Of a stretch of DNA of 64,000 nucleotides, positions 8,570-19,033 are shown in pieces. Source of the DNA: Acidobacteriota bacterium (GTDB lineage Bacteria > Acidobacteriota > UBA6911 > RPQK01 > JAJDTT01); the NCBI GenBank assembly GCA_965217775.1, contig CBDCJH010000002.1, forward strand, positions 160,001 to 224,000. The letters are read 5' to 3'. Both the position numbers and the translations under genes were made by a program. Below the pieces are notes generated by a model. It was given only the letters and a program-made list of their open reading frames with translations, was not told the DNA's origin and ran no database searches. Positions within the stretch are counted from its first letter, which is position 1; the number at the start of each line of letters is the position of its first letter.

Positions 8570-9014
8570 GCTCGCTTAACCTCAAGAGCTATGGCTTACG
8601 ACGCATCCCAGCGGTCGACGAAGGTCGATGACGATTCGTAAACAACACTAGCCACTTGTCAATATGGCGTATTCTATCAGTCGCCACGGCCAACACCCCG
8701 ATCGCACCAAATCGCTCAATGGCCTTGGAAAGGCCCTCGTCGCCGATGTGGGCTCAGACTTCGACAATTCGATGCCGCCGTTGTGCGAGCGGCTCGTCCA
8801 ACGGAAAAGGTTGTCATCCCACGTAACGGCAGGAGTTGAGAAGGCGCGAAGGAAATCGTATTTCTGCGGCTTTTCGGCGGGGGCATCCCTGCCCACTTGG
8901 TGCCGTCTCCATCTTGGTCTTGTGAGCTACAAGACCGACCGTCACTATAGAAGGCAATGGTGGTTCCGCCAGGGATCGCGAACCCAGTAGCTGACGGCGT
9001 CCGGAAGGAGACCG

Positions 9015-10106
9015 ATGATGCACGGAGCGTGGACTCTCAAATGGCTTGGGGTTGTCGTTTTTCTTCTGGCAACCGCAGCTTGGCCCCGTGGCGCCATCTT
9101 CGGCGGCGCGGGGATGGAGGGGGCAACCGTCGAACCGGTGCGGTTGATCTACGACACCGACATGGGAAACGACATCGACGACGCCCTGGCGCTCGGCGTC
9201 ATCCATGCGCTTCAGAGCCGGGGAGAATGCCGGTTGCTGGCGGTGACCGTCAGCAAGGACAATTTCTTTGCCGCCGCCTACTGCGATCTCCTCAACCACT
9301 TGTACGGGAGATCCGGGATTCCCATCGGGATAGTGCGAAACGGGCCGACACCGGAGGACGGCCGATACGTTCGCCAAGTCTGCGAGGCCAGGGATCAGGG
9401 CAGGCTGCGATATGCACGATCTCTCAAGCGTCCCGGCGACGTCGAGGAGGCCACCGCGTTGCTGCGGCGCACGTTGGCGAGTCAGCCCGATCATTCGGTG
9501 ACCGTGGTCCAGGTGGGTTTCTCCACCAACCTGGCCCGTCTGCTCGATTCTCCCCCCGACCGGTACTCCCCGCTTCAAGGAAAAGATCTGGCGGCCAGGA
9601 AGATCCGCCTGCTCTCCGTGGTGGCAGGCAGCTTCGGCCAACCTGGGCCGAAGGATGGGCGCGAGTACAATATCTACAAGGATCTGCCGTCCGCGCGGAA
9701 GCTTTTCGACGCTTGGCCCATGCCCATCGTTGTGAGCGCCTACGAGATCGGGGCGTCCATCCTCTACCCCGGAGAGCGCATGCGGCAAAGTGACGACGGC
9801 GCCGGGCGCCATCCCATCCGCGAGGCGTACCGGTTGTATGTCCCGAGCCTTCCCGACCGGCCGACCTGGGATCTGACCAGTGTCCTTTACGCAGTGCGCC
9901 CCGGCCGCGATTACTTCCGAGTCTCGGCACCGGGGGAGGTGATCCTTGATCCGGTAGGCCGAACCCGTTTCAAGCGGGGCGGCCACGGGCGCCATCGGCA
10001 TCTGAAGATCGATAATCGGCAGGTTCCGCGAATCCGTGAACTGCTTGTGGAACTGGTGGAGCATTCACCACAATCCGCGCTCGGTTCTCCGGCTCCGGTG
10101 CACTGA
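9015..10106 (+). CDS. Secreted nucleoside hydrolase (IU-NH family)
   Basis: LIYDTDMGNDIDDALAL motif, TNLARLL, EYNI, WDLTSVL; N-terminal signal peptide. Confidence 0.85.
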   Translation: MMHGAWTLKWLGVVVFLLATAAWPRGAIFGGAGMEGATVEPVRLIYDTDMGNDIDDALALGVIHALQSRGECRLLAVTVSKDNFFAAAYCDLLNHLYGRSGIPIGIVRNGPTPEDGRYVRQVCEARDQGRLRYARSLKRPGDVEEATALLRRTLASQPDHSVTVVQVGFSTNLARLLDSPPDRYSPLQGKDLAARKIRLLSVVAGSFGQPGPKDGREYNIYKDLPSARKLFDAWPMPIVVSAYEIGASILYPGERMRQSDDGAGRHPIREAYRLYVPSLPDRPTWDLTSVLYAVRPGRDYFRVSAPGEVILDPVGRTRFKRGGHGRHRHLKIDNRQVPRIRELLVELVEHSPQSALGSPAPVH

Positions 10107-10208
10107 AAAACGCCGGAGGCCCAGACGAAACATCAGAGATCCGGGGTAAACTGCCATCGAACGCTGTGGTTGGCGCTCACAGGTTTTTCTGGAGGAGATT
10201 GGGCCGTG

Positions 10209-10514
10209 ATGAATTTCCGTTGTCTCAGCGCGTTGGCCTTTGTCGTCTGCCTGCTGCTGGCGGGCGGCTATACGGTAACCCTTACCGGGCAGGCTGCCGG
10301 CACCATGTCCATCGGCGAACCCATCCGGATCCAGGCACCTCTGGGGTTACCCCCCGTTCACGTATACGCAGACCATCCGACGACGGCCGAGTCCATCTCC
10401 CTGGGCCGCAGCCTCGACTACGACAAGAACTTCTCGCAGGAACGGAAGGAATTGGTGGCCTTTCCGGAGTCTCCGACCTGCGAGATCCCTCCCGCCGTGG
10501 GAGCACCCGTCTGA
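10209..10514 (+). pseudogene. N-terminal remnant of a di-heme cytochrome c peroxidase/MauG-like gene
   Basis: Signal peptide, then PLGLPPVHVYADHPTTAESISLGRSLDYDKNFS (cf. PLGLP..P.DNP.T..KI.LG..LF.D..LS); ends before any CxxCH. Confidence 0.55.
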
Positions 10515-10534
10515 TCGAAGCTCGCGGAGGAGAT

Positions 10535-10777
10535 GCCCGGGACACGGCAAAGCGCAGATTCCTGGAAGAGTTGGACAATTTCGTCCTCTTTCATCTGGGG
10601 TCGGACGCCCGGGTCGAAGTGAATTCGGGGGAAGATGGACTCACGATCGAGATCAGTCATCTTCGGGTGAGAAGTTTTCGTCTGGAGTTGTCCTGGGAGC
10701 GGGTCCAAGCCTTGGCCAGTGACGACGAGCTTCTGGAAGATTTCCTGCTCGACCAATTGACGATTCACCGGAGGTAG
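10535..10777 (+). CDS. Small acidic hypothetical protein (start uncertain)
   Basis: Protein-like RFLEELDNFVLFHLG...LLEDFLLDQLTIHRR; the GGAGG-ATG at 10533 is out of frame. Confidence 0.35.
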   Translation, partial: ARDTAKRRFLEELDNFVLFHLGSDARVEVNSGEDGLTIEISHLRVRSFRLELSWERVQALASDDELLEDFLLDQLTIHRR

Positions 10778-10946
10778 TGCTCCGGCGCCGTCGCGCCACG
10801 TTTCCGTCCCGTCGAATGGCGGACTCGGACCGGTCAGAAGGCCACCAACCGCGCCGAGTGTTTTCCGCCACGAAACGATCATCGTCTCGTCTCCGGCGGA
10901 GATTCTGAGCATCGGAAAGGATCCAGGCACGCCGGTTGGGATCCAT

Positions 10947-11000
10947 TTGACAGTCGCTCCGATTTTTTTGTAGAACAATCGTACGTTTTAAACGATTGTT
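10947..11000 (+). promoter_or_regulatory. Sigma70-like promoter and TetR operator
   Basis: TTGACA 10947-10952, TAGAAC 10971-10976; inverted repeat AACAATCGT-N9-ACGATTGTT at 10974-11000. Confidence 0.65.
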
Positions 11001-11014
11001 TCACTTGGGGAGCC

Positions 11015-11671
11015 ATGCAGGGCACCAGATCCAGGATCCTGACGGCGGCGGAAGGGCTCTTTGCCGATCGGGGATTTTCCGCGACCTCGGTCCGCATGAT
11101 CACTTCTCGAGCCCAAGTGAACGTGGCCGCCATGCACTATCACTTCGGCTCCAAGGACCAACTCATTCAGGAGCTCTTCGCCCTTCGTCTGTCTCCTCTC
11201 AACCGGCAGCGTCTGGCACTCCTGGGCCGTTGTCACGTGGACGCGGACGGTGGGGTCCCCTCTCTGGAGAAGATCCTGGAGGCTTTTGTCAGACCGCCGG
11301 TGCAGTTGATCAGCGATCCGGAGAGAGGTGGCATGCGCTTCATGCAGCTCCTTTCGCGGGCTTTCAACTCGCCCGACGGAGCCATTCGGGAAATGATCTA
11401 CGTGCAGTTCGCCGAAGTGATCGAGCGTTTCTCCGGCGCCCTCGGCCCGAGGCTCCCGCACCTGTCCCGAGAAGAAGCGTTCTGGAGATTCCATTTCATG
11501 GTGGGGGCCATGTCCCATACCCTTCACGTGATCGCCGACTGGAAGAACCTGGAAAGCCTCTTTCTGGATGTTCCCGAACCTTCTCGGGTGGACCAGGTCG
11601 TCGATCGTCTGGTGACGTTTCTGGCAGCCGGATTTCGGACTCCGATTCCATCTCAGGAAGACAGCGGATGA
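11015..11671 (+). CDS. TetR/AcrR-family regulator
   Basis: ILTAAEGLFADRGFSATSVRMITSRAQVNVAAMHYHFGSK HTH. Confidence 0.92.
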   Translation: MQGTRSRILTAAEGLFADRGFSATSVRMITSRAQVNVAAMHYHFGSKDQLIQELFALRLSPLNRQRLALLGRCHVDADGGVPSLEKILEAFVRPPVQLISDPERGGMRFMQLLSRAFNSPDGAIREMIYVQFAEVIERFSGALGPRLPHLSREEAFWRFHFMVGAMSHTLHVIADWKNLESLFLDVPEPSRVDQVVDRLVTFLAAGFRTPIPSQEDSG

Positions 11672-13134
11672 GATCCACACTCCTTCTCTTGCTGGCCGTG
11701 CTCCTTCCGGGAGCCGCATGCGTCCGGACCGCGGCGCCACCCGAACGGCAGCCGAGCCTGCCGATTCCGGAAGGATGGGATTCGGAAGCGGCGGAGGAGG
11801 GAACGGTCGACGTCCATTGGTGGAAACAGTTTCAGGATCCGCAATTGGATGCGTTGATCGAGGAAACGCTCCGCCACAATCCTCAACTTCGGGCCGTCGC
11901 CGCCCGCTTGGAGACGGCCCTTATCGAGGCCCAGATCGCCGGTGCCGACCGGATTCCATCGGTTGGACTCAGCTTGAACGGGCGCCGTCAGCGGCAAAAC
12001 TTCATCGGTTTTCCCATCCCCGGTTTCGAGGGCCGGGTGCCGCGCGCCACCTTCACCAACCTGGGCGCCTCCCTGGACATCAACTGGGAGGCGGACCTCT
12101 GGGGAAGAATCCGCAGCGGCGAGATACAAACGGGTGCTCTCGCCTCCGCACATGCAGCGGATCTGGCGGCGACGAGGCATTCGCTGGCGGGCCAGACGGC
12201 CAAGGCTTGGTTCGCCTGCTCGGAGGCAAGTCTTCAGTTGGCTCTTGCCCGTGAGACGGTGGCCAGTTTTGAAGCGACCTCCCAATGGCTCCGAAACCGC
12301 TTCGAGGCGGGTCTCGGACCGGCCGTGGAAATCAGTCTGGTCCAGGCAGACATTTCTACCGCTGAATCTGCCGTCCATCTCCGCCGCGAGCAATTGGACC
12401 GCGGCATACGCCAAGTCGAACTCCTGGTCGGACGCTATCCTTACGGGGAGCTGCAAGTTCGGGAGAGCCTTCCCCAGGTTTCCTCCGGCGTTCCGGCCGG
12501 TGTCCCCTCCCAGCTTCTGACGCGCCGACCCGATCTCATCGCGGCGCAGCGGCGTCTGCTGGCCTCCGATGCCGGAATCGTCCAGGCTCAAACCGCCCTG
12601 CACCCTCGACTGAGTCTCACCACGGCCGGTGGAACGGCCACCAAATCGCTGTTGAGCCTGTTGAATGGGGACTACGCCGTCTGGAGCCTGCTGGGCAACC
12701 TGGTTCAGCCCCTCTTTCAGGGAGGGCGCCTCAAGCGTCAGGTCGACATTGCCCAGGGCCAGTCCCAGGAAATTCTGGAGACCTACGCTGGTGCTGTCCT
12801 GCAGGCCTTCGGCGAGGTTGAGACGGCCCTTTCGGTTGAAAGTTTCTTGCGAGATCGGCTGCGTGAACTGGAAAAATCAGTCGTGGAGGCCGAAACGGCC
12901 CGGGCCCAGGCCCAGTTTCGCTATCGCTATGGCCTGGGGGATATGCTGGTGGTGTTGCAGACGGATCGTCGGATCCTCAACTCCAAGAGTCAGATCCTGA
13001 CCCTGCAACGCCTGCTGCTGGAAAATCGGATCGATCTCCACTTGGCGCTGGGAGGCGGCTTTGAACCGGGCGCCCCGCCAAGTGCCCCGGGAGCACTTCT
13101 CCCGGTGACTCTCACCGGAGAGAATGGCAATTGA
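11668..13134 (+). CDS. Outer-membrane efflux lipoprotein (NodT/TolC family)
   Basis: ATGA overlap with tetR; lipobox GAAC; WWKQFQDPQL, WEADLWG, PSQLLTRRPDL, LALGGG. Confidence 0.9.
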   Translation: MRSTLLLLLAVLLPGAACVRTAAPPERQPSLPIPEGWDSEAAEEGTVDVHWWKQFQDPQLDALIEETLRHNPQLRAVAARLETALIEAQIAGADRIPSVGLSLNGRRQRQNFIGFPIPGFEGRVPRATFTNLGASLDINWEADLWGRIRSGEIQTGALASAHAADLAATRHSLAGQTAKAWFACSEASLQLALARETVASFEATSQWLRNRFEAGLGPAVEISLVQADISTAESAVHLRREQLDRGIRQVELLVGRYPYGELQVRESLPQVSSGVPAGVPSQLLTRRPDLIAAQRRLLASDAGIVQAQTALHPRLSLTTAGGTATKSLLSLLNGDYAVWSLLGNLVQPLFQGGRLKRQVDIAQGQSQEILETYAGAVLQAFGEVETALSVESFLRDRLRELEKSVVEAETARAQAQFRYRYGLGDMLVVLQTDRRILNSKSQILTLQRLLLENRIDLHLALGGGFEPGAPPSAPGALLPVTLTGENGN

Positions 13135-14318
13135 TCAAACTGCTCCTGAAGGTCTTGCTGCCCGTGGTGACTTTGGCCGTTGCCTCGACCTGGGCCTGGA
13201 AGATATTCAATGATCGGCCCGTGGTCGAGACCCGGCCTCCGGAGATTCCCGTTCCGGTGATCCGGGTCGTTCCCGTGAAACTTCAAACACTCCGCCTGAA
13301 GGTCATGTCCCAAGGGACCGTGGCTCCCCGAACCCAGACCACTTTGATTCCCGAGATTGTGGGCCGGGTCCTGGAAGTCTCCCCCTCTCTCGCGGACGGG
13401 GGGTTCTTCGAGGCGGGAGCTGAGCTTCTCAGGATCGACCCCACGGACTATCAACTGCAGGTGGTTCAGACCGAAGCCCAGATCGCGCAGGCTCAACTTT
13501 CTCTGGAGACGGAAGAGGCGCAAGCCGAGGTCGCCCGAAAAGAATGGGAGAGTCTGGGAGAAGGAGAGGCTCGGCCCCTGTTGCGGCGAGTGCCCCAGAT
13601 CGCTCGGGCCAAGGCCGCGCTTTCGTCGGCGCAAGCCGCTTTGGCCCAGGCCCAGCGAAATTTGGAGAAGACCAGGATCGCCGCTCCGTTCGCGGGGCGG
13701 GTCCTGCGAAAAAACGTGGACATTGGCCAATACGTGACCCCGGGAACTCCCGTGGCCACGATCTATTCCGTGGACCATGCCGAGATTCGGCTGCCGCTTC
13801 CCGACGAGGAGCTGGCCTATGTGGATCTGCCCCTCAGCTATCGCGGCGACGGCTCGGAGAAACGCCAACCCGTCGTCCTCTTGCGGGCCGAGTTCGGCCA
13901 GCGGCAACACTCATGGACCGGGAGAATCGTGCGGACCGATGGGACCATCGATCCTCAGACAAGGATGATCCACGCCATCGCTCAGGTGGCTGATCCTTAT
14001 GGCCGGGGCCCCGATCCGGACCGTCCCCCCCTCGCCGTGGGCATGTTCGTGGAAGCTGAAATCCAGGGCCATCGTCTGGAGAATGTCGTTACGCTGCCTC
14101 GGGCGGCTCTTCGAGGAGAGGATCAGGTGTTGGTCGTGGACTCCGAGTCCAGGCTCCGTTTCCGCGACGTGAACGTCGTGCGGTTGGAGCGGGAACAGGT
14201 CATCATCGATTTGGGTCTGGAAGAGGGAGAACTCGTTTCGCTGGCCACCCTGGCCACCGTTGTCGACGGGATGAAGGTCCAAATTCAGTTCGATTCCTGC
14301 CCCGAGGCTCTACCATGA
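13131..14318 (+). CDS. RND efflux periplasmic adaptor (MFP)
   Basis: IAAPFAGRV, GQYVTPG, IDPQTR, LPRAAL motifs. Confidence 0.9.
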   Translation: MIKLLLKVLLPVVTLAVASTWAWKIFNDRPVVETRPPEIPVPVIRVVPVKLQTLRLKVMSQGTVAPRTQTTLIPEIVGRVLEVSPSLADGGFFEAGAELLRIDPTDYQLQVVQTEAQIAQAQLSLETEEAQAEVARKEWESLGEGEARPLLRRVPQIARAKAALSSAQAALAQAQRNLEKTRIAAPFAGRVLRKNVDIGQYVTPGTPVATIYSVDHAEIRLPLPDEELAYVDLPLSYRGDGSEKRQPVVLLRAEFGQRQHSWTGRIVRTDGTIDPQTRMIHAIAQVADPYGRGPDPDRPPLAVGMFVEAEIQGHRLENVVTLPRAALRGEDQVLVVDSESRLRFRDVNVVRLEREQVIIDLGLEEGELVSLATLATVVDGMKVQIQFDSCPEALP

Positions 14319-17300
14319 AGAGACTCGTTTCCTGGTTTGCGTCCAACGGGGTCGTGGCCAACCTGCTGATGGTCGTGATCCTGGTCGGCGGCGCCCTCTC
14401 CGTTTCCGAGATTCGGAAGGAGGTCTTCCCCGAGTTCTCGGCCGACCTGATCAGCGTGTCGGTTCTCTACCCGGGCGCCGCGCCCGAGGAGGTCGAGGAG
14501 GGTATCTGTATCCGGGTCGAGGAGGCCATTCAGAGCCTTCCCGGAGTGAAGCGGATCACGTCGACGGCCTCCGAGGCCATGGGCATCGTGAACGTGGAAC
14601 TGCTGGAGGGGACCGACATCCGGGAACTCCTGGATGAGGTCAAGGCCCGGGTGGATGCTATCAGCACCTTTCCGGAGGAGGCCGAGCAGCCGGTCATCCA
14701 GGAGGTCATCGTCCGCACTCAGGTCATCAACGTGGCCGTCTCGGGACCGGCGGACGAACATACCCTCAAGCGGGTGGCAGAGCAGGTTCGGGACGAGGTC
14801 GTCTCCCTGCCCGGGATCACCCAGGCCGAATTGTCCAGCGCCCGCCCCTATGAAGTCTCCATCGAGGTCTCGGAGGAAGTCCTGCTCCGCCACGGCCTTT
14901 CTTTCGATCAGGTGGCGCAGGCCGTCCGCCGATCCTCCCTCGACCTGCCTGGGGGCTCGGTGAGGACCCAAGCCGGAGAGATCCTGCTGAGAACCAAGAG
15001 CCAGGCCTACGTGGGAGAGGAATTCCGGCAGTTGACTCTGCTCTCGAGACCGGACGGCACCCGGGTCCTTTTGGGAGACGTCGCCCGGGTGGTGGATGGA
15101 TTCGCCGAGACCGATCAGGCGGCCCGGTTCGACGGCCAGCCGGCCATTCTGGTCCAGGTCTTCCGAGTCGGGGGACAGAGCGCTCTGGAGATTGCCGCAG
15201 CCGTCCGCGAGTACGTCAAGCAGAAACAGCTACAGTTGCCGGAAGGGCTGACGCTGACCACTTGGAAGGACGACTCCCGCATCCTGCGGAGCCGGCTCGA
15301 CCTGCTGATCAAAAACGGACTGGCGGGGTTGGCGCTGGTGGTTCTGACTCTGACGTTGTTTCTGAGAGTCGGTCTGGCATTCTGGGTCAGCCTGGGCATC
15401 CCCATTTCCTTTCTGGGCTGCCTCATGGCATTGCCTCACCTGGACGTCTCCATCAACCTGATCTCCCTGTTCGCCTTCATCGTCGTCCTGGGAATTGTGG
15501 TGGACGACGCCATTGTCGTCGGCGAGAACATCTTTTCCCAATACGAGCAGGGGAAGCCCAAACTGCGGGCGGTCATCGACGGGACACAGGAGATGATGAT
15601 TCCCGTGTTCTTTGCAGTGGCGACCACGGTGGCTGCCTTCTCTCCGCTGCTGATGATCGAAGGCCCCACCGGGAAGATCATGCGGGTCATTCCCCTGGTG
15701 GTCCTGCCCACGCTGGTCTTTTCGCTGGTCGAGTCCCTGCTCATCCTGCCCTATCACCTCTCCCATCTGAGACGCTCCGAGAAACTGCGGAAACGGGGAG
15801 TGTCCGGGTTGTGGAACCGCTTCCAGGACCTGATCTCGCGACTGCTCAAGCGATTCGTCAAGCGAGTCTACGAACCCCTCCTGGGCTTGGCCGTCGAGTG
15901 GCGTTACCTGACGGCGGCCCTGGGGGTTTCCATTCTGGTGCTGGTCGTCGGCATGATTCTGGGTGGAAGAATCAAGTTCAATTTCTTCCCTCCGGTGGAG
16001 GCGGACAACGTCATGGCCTTCCTCACCATGCCTCAGGGCACTCCGGCCGAGATCACGGCCCGCGAGATGGAGAAAGTGGAGCGGGCCGCCACGCTGCTCC
16101 GGGAGGAGATCGACTCGTCCAGCCGGGGAGACGGCTCGTCCAGCGTCTTCCGTCATGTGCTGACTTCAGTGGGGGAACAGCCCACCCGCGTCATTCAGAA
16201 TCGGCACAATGGAGGCGTGTCCCGATTTTCCGGTGCTCACCTGGGAGAGGTGAACATCGAATTGGCGCCATCCGAAGAACGGCCCCTGTCCCAAGAGGGC
16301 AGACTCTTCAGCAGCACCGAAATCGGCAACCGTTGGCGGGAACTGACGGGAACCATCCCAGATGCCGTGGAACTCACCTTCTCGGCTTCACTCTTCGCCG
16401 CGGGAGCTCCCATCAACGTTCAGTTCTCCGGTCCCGACCTGGACCAACTGCAGGAGGCTGCACACAAGGTCAAGCTGAAATTGAACGAATATGCCGGGGT
16501 CTACGACATCGCCGATTCGTTCCGGGCAGGCAAGCAGGAAATCAAGCTCAAGATCCATCCGGCAGCGGAATCGCTGGGTCTGACCCAGTCGGACCTGGCC
16601 AGACAGGTGCGGCAAGCCTTCTACGGGGAGGAGGTCCAGCGAATTCAGCGGGGCCGGGACGAGGTCAAGATCATGGTCCGGTATCCTTCGGATCGGCGCC
16701 GTTCCCTGGGGCAGATGGAGGGGATGCGGATCCGGACCCCGGACGGCGGAGAGGTTCCCTTTTCAGTGGTGGCCGATTCCGAGCTGAGCCGCGGCTTCGC
16801 ATCCATCCGCCGGGTGGACCGGAATCGCTCCATCAGCGTGACCGCGGAAGTGGACACTCAACGGGCCAACTCCAATGAAATCCTGGCAGAAATGGAGAGT
16901 GACCACCTTCCCTCCCTGTTGCGGCAGTTTCCGGGCCTGACCTATTCGTTGGAGGGCGAGCAGGAGCAGCAGAGCGAGACGCTGGCCGGACTCGTCCAAG
17001 GCTTCGGCGTGGCTCTGGCCGCCATCTTTGTGTTGTTGGCCATACCTCTCCGCTCCTACTTTCAGCCCTTGCTCATCATGAGCGCGATTCCCTTCGGTCT
17101 GGTGGGGGCCTTTCTGGGTCACAAGATCTTGGGAATGGACCTGAGCATCCTCTCCGTGTTCGGCATTGTGGCCCTGGCCGGCGTAGTCGTGAACGACAGC
17201 TTGATTCTGGTCGATTACGTCAACCGGCAACGGCGTGCCGGAGTCCCACTCCGAGAGTCGATCCTGACGGCCGGGTCGGCTCGGTTCCGACCCATCTTCC

Positions 17301-17569
17301 TCACCTCCCTGACCACTTTCGCCGGCCTGACTCCATTGCTTATGGAAACGAGTCTACAGGCCCAATTCCTCATTCCCATGGCTGTCTCTCTGGCGTTTGG
17401 CGTCGTATTTTCGTCCCCGGTCATCCTGGTTCTGGTGCCGTGTACCTACATGATTCTGGAAGACCTGGGACGAGCTGCCCGCTGGCTTCTGGGCCGGCGA
17501 CCCGGGCAGGAGCCGGAAGCCCCGACTCTGATCCCGGCTCCGGTGAAAGCTGGGAGTCCCCGGAACTAG
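14315..17569 (+). CDS. RND efflux permease (AcrB family)
   Basis: LGIVVDDAIVVGENI, GVVVNDS, RFRPIFLTSLTT; 1084 aa. Confidence 0.95.
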   Translation: MKRLVSWFASNGVVANLLMVVILVGGALSVSEIRKEVFPEFSADLISVSVLYPGAAPEEVEEGICIRVEEAIQSLPGVKRITSTASEAMGIVNVELLEGTDIRELLDEVKARVDAISTFPEEAEQPVIQEVIVRTQVINVAVSGPADEHTLKRVAEQVRDEVVSLPGITQAELSSARPYEVSIEVSEEVLLRHGLSFDQVAQAVRRSSLDLPGGSVRTQAGEILLRTKSQAYVGEEFRQLTLLSRPDGTRVLLGDVARVVDGFAETDQAARFDGQPAILVQVFRVGGQSALEIAAAVREYVKQKQLQLPEGLTLTTWKDDSRILRSRLDLLIKNGLAGLALVVLTLTLFLRVGLAFWVSLGIPISFLGCLMALPHLDVSINLISLFAFIVVLGIVVDDAIVVGENIFSQYEQGKPKLRAVIDGTQEMMIPVFFAVATTVAAFSPLLMIEGPTGKIMRVIPLVVLPTLVFSLVESLLILPYHLSHLRRSEKLRKRGVSGLWNRFQDLISRLLKRFVKRVYEPLLGLAVEWRYLTAALGVSILVLVVGMILGGRIKFNFFPPVEADNVMAFLTMPQGTPAEITAREMEKVERAATLLREEIDSSSRGDGSSSVFRHVLTSVGEQPTRVIQNRHNGGVSRFSGAHLGEVNIELAPSEERPLSQEGRLFSSTEIGNRWRELTGTIPDAVELTFSASLFAAGAPINVQFSGPDLDQLQEAAHKVKLKLNEYAGVYDIADSFRAGKQEIKLKIHPAAESLGLTQSDLARQVRQAFYGEEVQRIQRGRDEVKIMVRYPSDRRRSLGQMEGMRIRTPDGGEVPFSVVADSELSRGFASIRRVDRNRSISVTAEVDTQRANSNEILAEMESDHLPSLLRQFPGLTYSLEGEQEQQSETLAGLVQGFGVALAAIFVLLAIPLRSYFQPLLIMSAIPFGLVGAFLGHKILGMDLSILSVFGIVALAGVVVNDSLILVDYVNRQRRAGVPLRESILTAGSARFRPIFLTSLTTFAGLTPLLMETSLQAQFLIPMAVSLAFGVVFSSPVILVLVPCTYMILEDLGRAARWLLGRRPGQEPEAPTLIPAPVKAGSPRN

Positions 17570-17575
17570 GAGCCG

Positions 17576-19000
17576 ATGCCCGCACGATTTCCGGCCTGGG
17601 ATGTCCTGGACTCTTACCTGGGTCCGACCCTCTCGGCGGATCCCGGCCAAGCCCGGAAAGGGACCCAACGCCTGTTCCAAGATCTGATCGAACCTTTGGG
17701 TGACTCCTTCCTGGTCCGAGACCGCAGGCTCCAGCAGCAACTGTTGGCTCGGATCGTCTCCCGGGTCCGTGGGCTCCCGGAGGCGCTGTCGTTCCATGAG
17801 AGGCTCAGCCGGATGGGCCTGGAGGATGAAGAAGCCCTTTTGGCCCGGATTCAGAGACTGAGCCAGAGGGAGACTCCGGCCCTCCCGCGGCGGGTCGAAC
17901 GTCTGCTGGTCCCCTCCCGCGTGACCCTCGGTGCCGACCTCCTGCTCACCGGCGTCATCGTCCGGACCTGCCTGGACGCCTTTCCCGATGCGGAGGTCGT
18001 GTTCCTGGGCAGCCGCAAGAACGCCGATCTGATCGCGGCTGACTCCCGCCGTTTCCGGACCCGCGAACTCTCCTATCCGCGCCGCGGCTCCCTGCTGGAA
18101 CGCTTGTCGACCTGGGTGGATCTGGTGGATGCCGTCCGCGAAGAGACCCTTGGCCTGGTGGCCGGCCGCGACTTCGTCGTCATCAATCCCGATTCCCGGT
18201 TTCTCCAGAGCGGACTCCTGCCGCTGGTTCCCGCGGGCCGGGAGGCGAGGGGCTACTTGGGTTGGGATCCGTCGGTTTCAGGGAGAGAGACGGAGGAACG
18301 CAGCCAGTTGGAGGACCTGAACCGGTGGCTTGGTGAGATGTTCCGATCCCACCCTCGGAGTCCGCTTCAGGGTCCGTCCCTGCATCTTGAGGATTCGGTC
18401 CGGGGTTGGGCGAAAGAGATGCTGACCCCCCTGGACCTGGGCCGGGAGCCGGTTCTGGTGGGCATGAATCTGGGAGTCGGAGGCAATCCGGACAAGAGAA
18501 TTCATCGGGATCGGGAAACCGTCTCCGATTTTGAGCGGCTAGTGGTGACAGGCTTGCTGGGCCAGGGGGCGACGCTGGTGCTGGATGCCGGCTGGGGCGC
18601 GGATGAGTTGGAGCGGGCCCGGCAGCTCTACGTCGAGACCCGGGAGCGAGGCTTGAGAACGGCCCGAATCGCCGGGGGGCGGCTGCTGCAAGATGACTCG
18701 GGCTCATCGCCCGTCCGGCTGATTTTGTTTCAGGGGCCGGTCGCGGAGTTCGGGGCGCTTCTGCAGAAGTGCCGGATCTACGTCGGCTACGACTCGCTGG
18801 GTCAGCATCTGGCCGCTGCCCTGAACCTGGATCTGATCACCGTCTTCGGCGGACATGCCACCCCCCTCTTCGCACGCCGCTGGAGACCGGGTGGCGGCGG
18901 AAGGATTCGAGCGGTCGAGTCAGGGCCCGGGCCCTTCGACACGCGGCGCCAGGCAGAGTTGGCCGACAACGTATTGGCTGAGGCCCGATCGCTGCTTTGA
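17576..19000 (+). CDS. GT9 (heptosyltransferase)-like protein
   Basis: RVTLGAD near the N-terminus; YVGYDSLGQHLAAALNLDLITVFG at the C-terminus. Confidence 0.65.
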   Translation: MPARFPAWDVLDSYLGPTLSADPGQARKGTQRLFQDLIEPLGDSFLVRDRRLQQQLLARIVSRVRGLPEALSFHERLSRMGLEDEEALLARIQRLSQRETPALPRRVERLLVPSRVTLGADLLLTGVIVRTCLDAFPDAEVVFLGSRKNADLIAADSRRFRTRELSYPRRGSLLERLSTWVDLVDAVREETLGLVAGRDFVVINPDSRFLQSGLLPLVPAGREARGYLGWDPSVSGRETEERSQLEDLNRWLGEMFRSHPRSPLQGPSLHLEDSVRGWAKEMLTPLDLGREPVLVGMNLGVGGNPDKRIHRDRETVSDFERLVVTGLLGQGATLVLDAGWGADELERARQLYVETRERGLRTARIAGGRLLQDDSGSSPVRLILFQGPVAEFGALLQKCRIYVGYDSLGQHLAAALNLDLITVFGGHATPLFARRWRPGGGGRIRAVESGPGPFDTRRQAELADNVLAEARSLL

Positions 19001-19033
19001 GGCTTCTCAGAAAAACATAGGGGCACCCTGGGA

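Noticed and set aside
10996-11667. N-terminal extension of the efflux lipoprotein ORF overlapping tetR
   Set aside because: Signal peptide and ATGA coupling place the start at 11668; the open alternative frame is expected at high GC.
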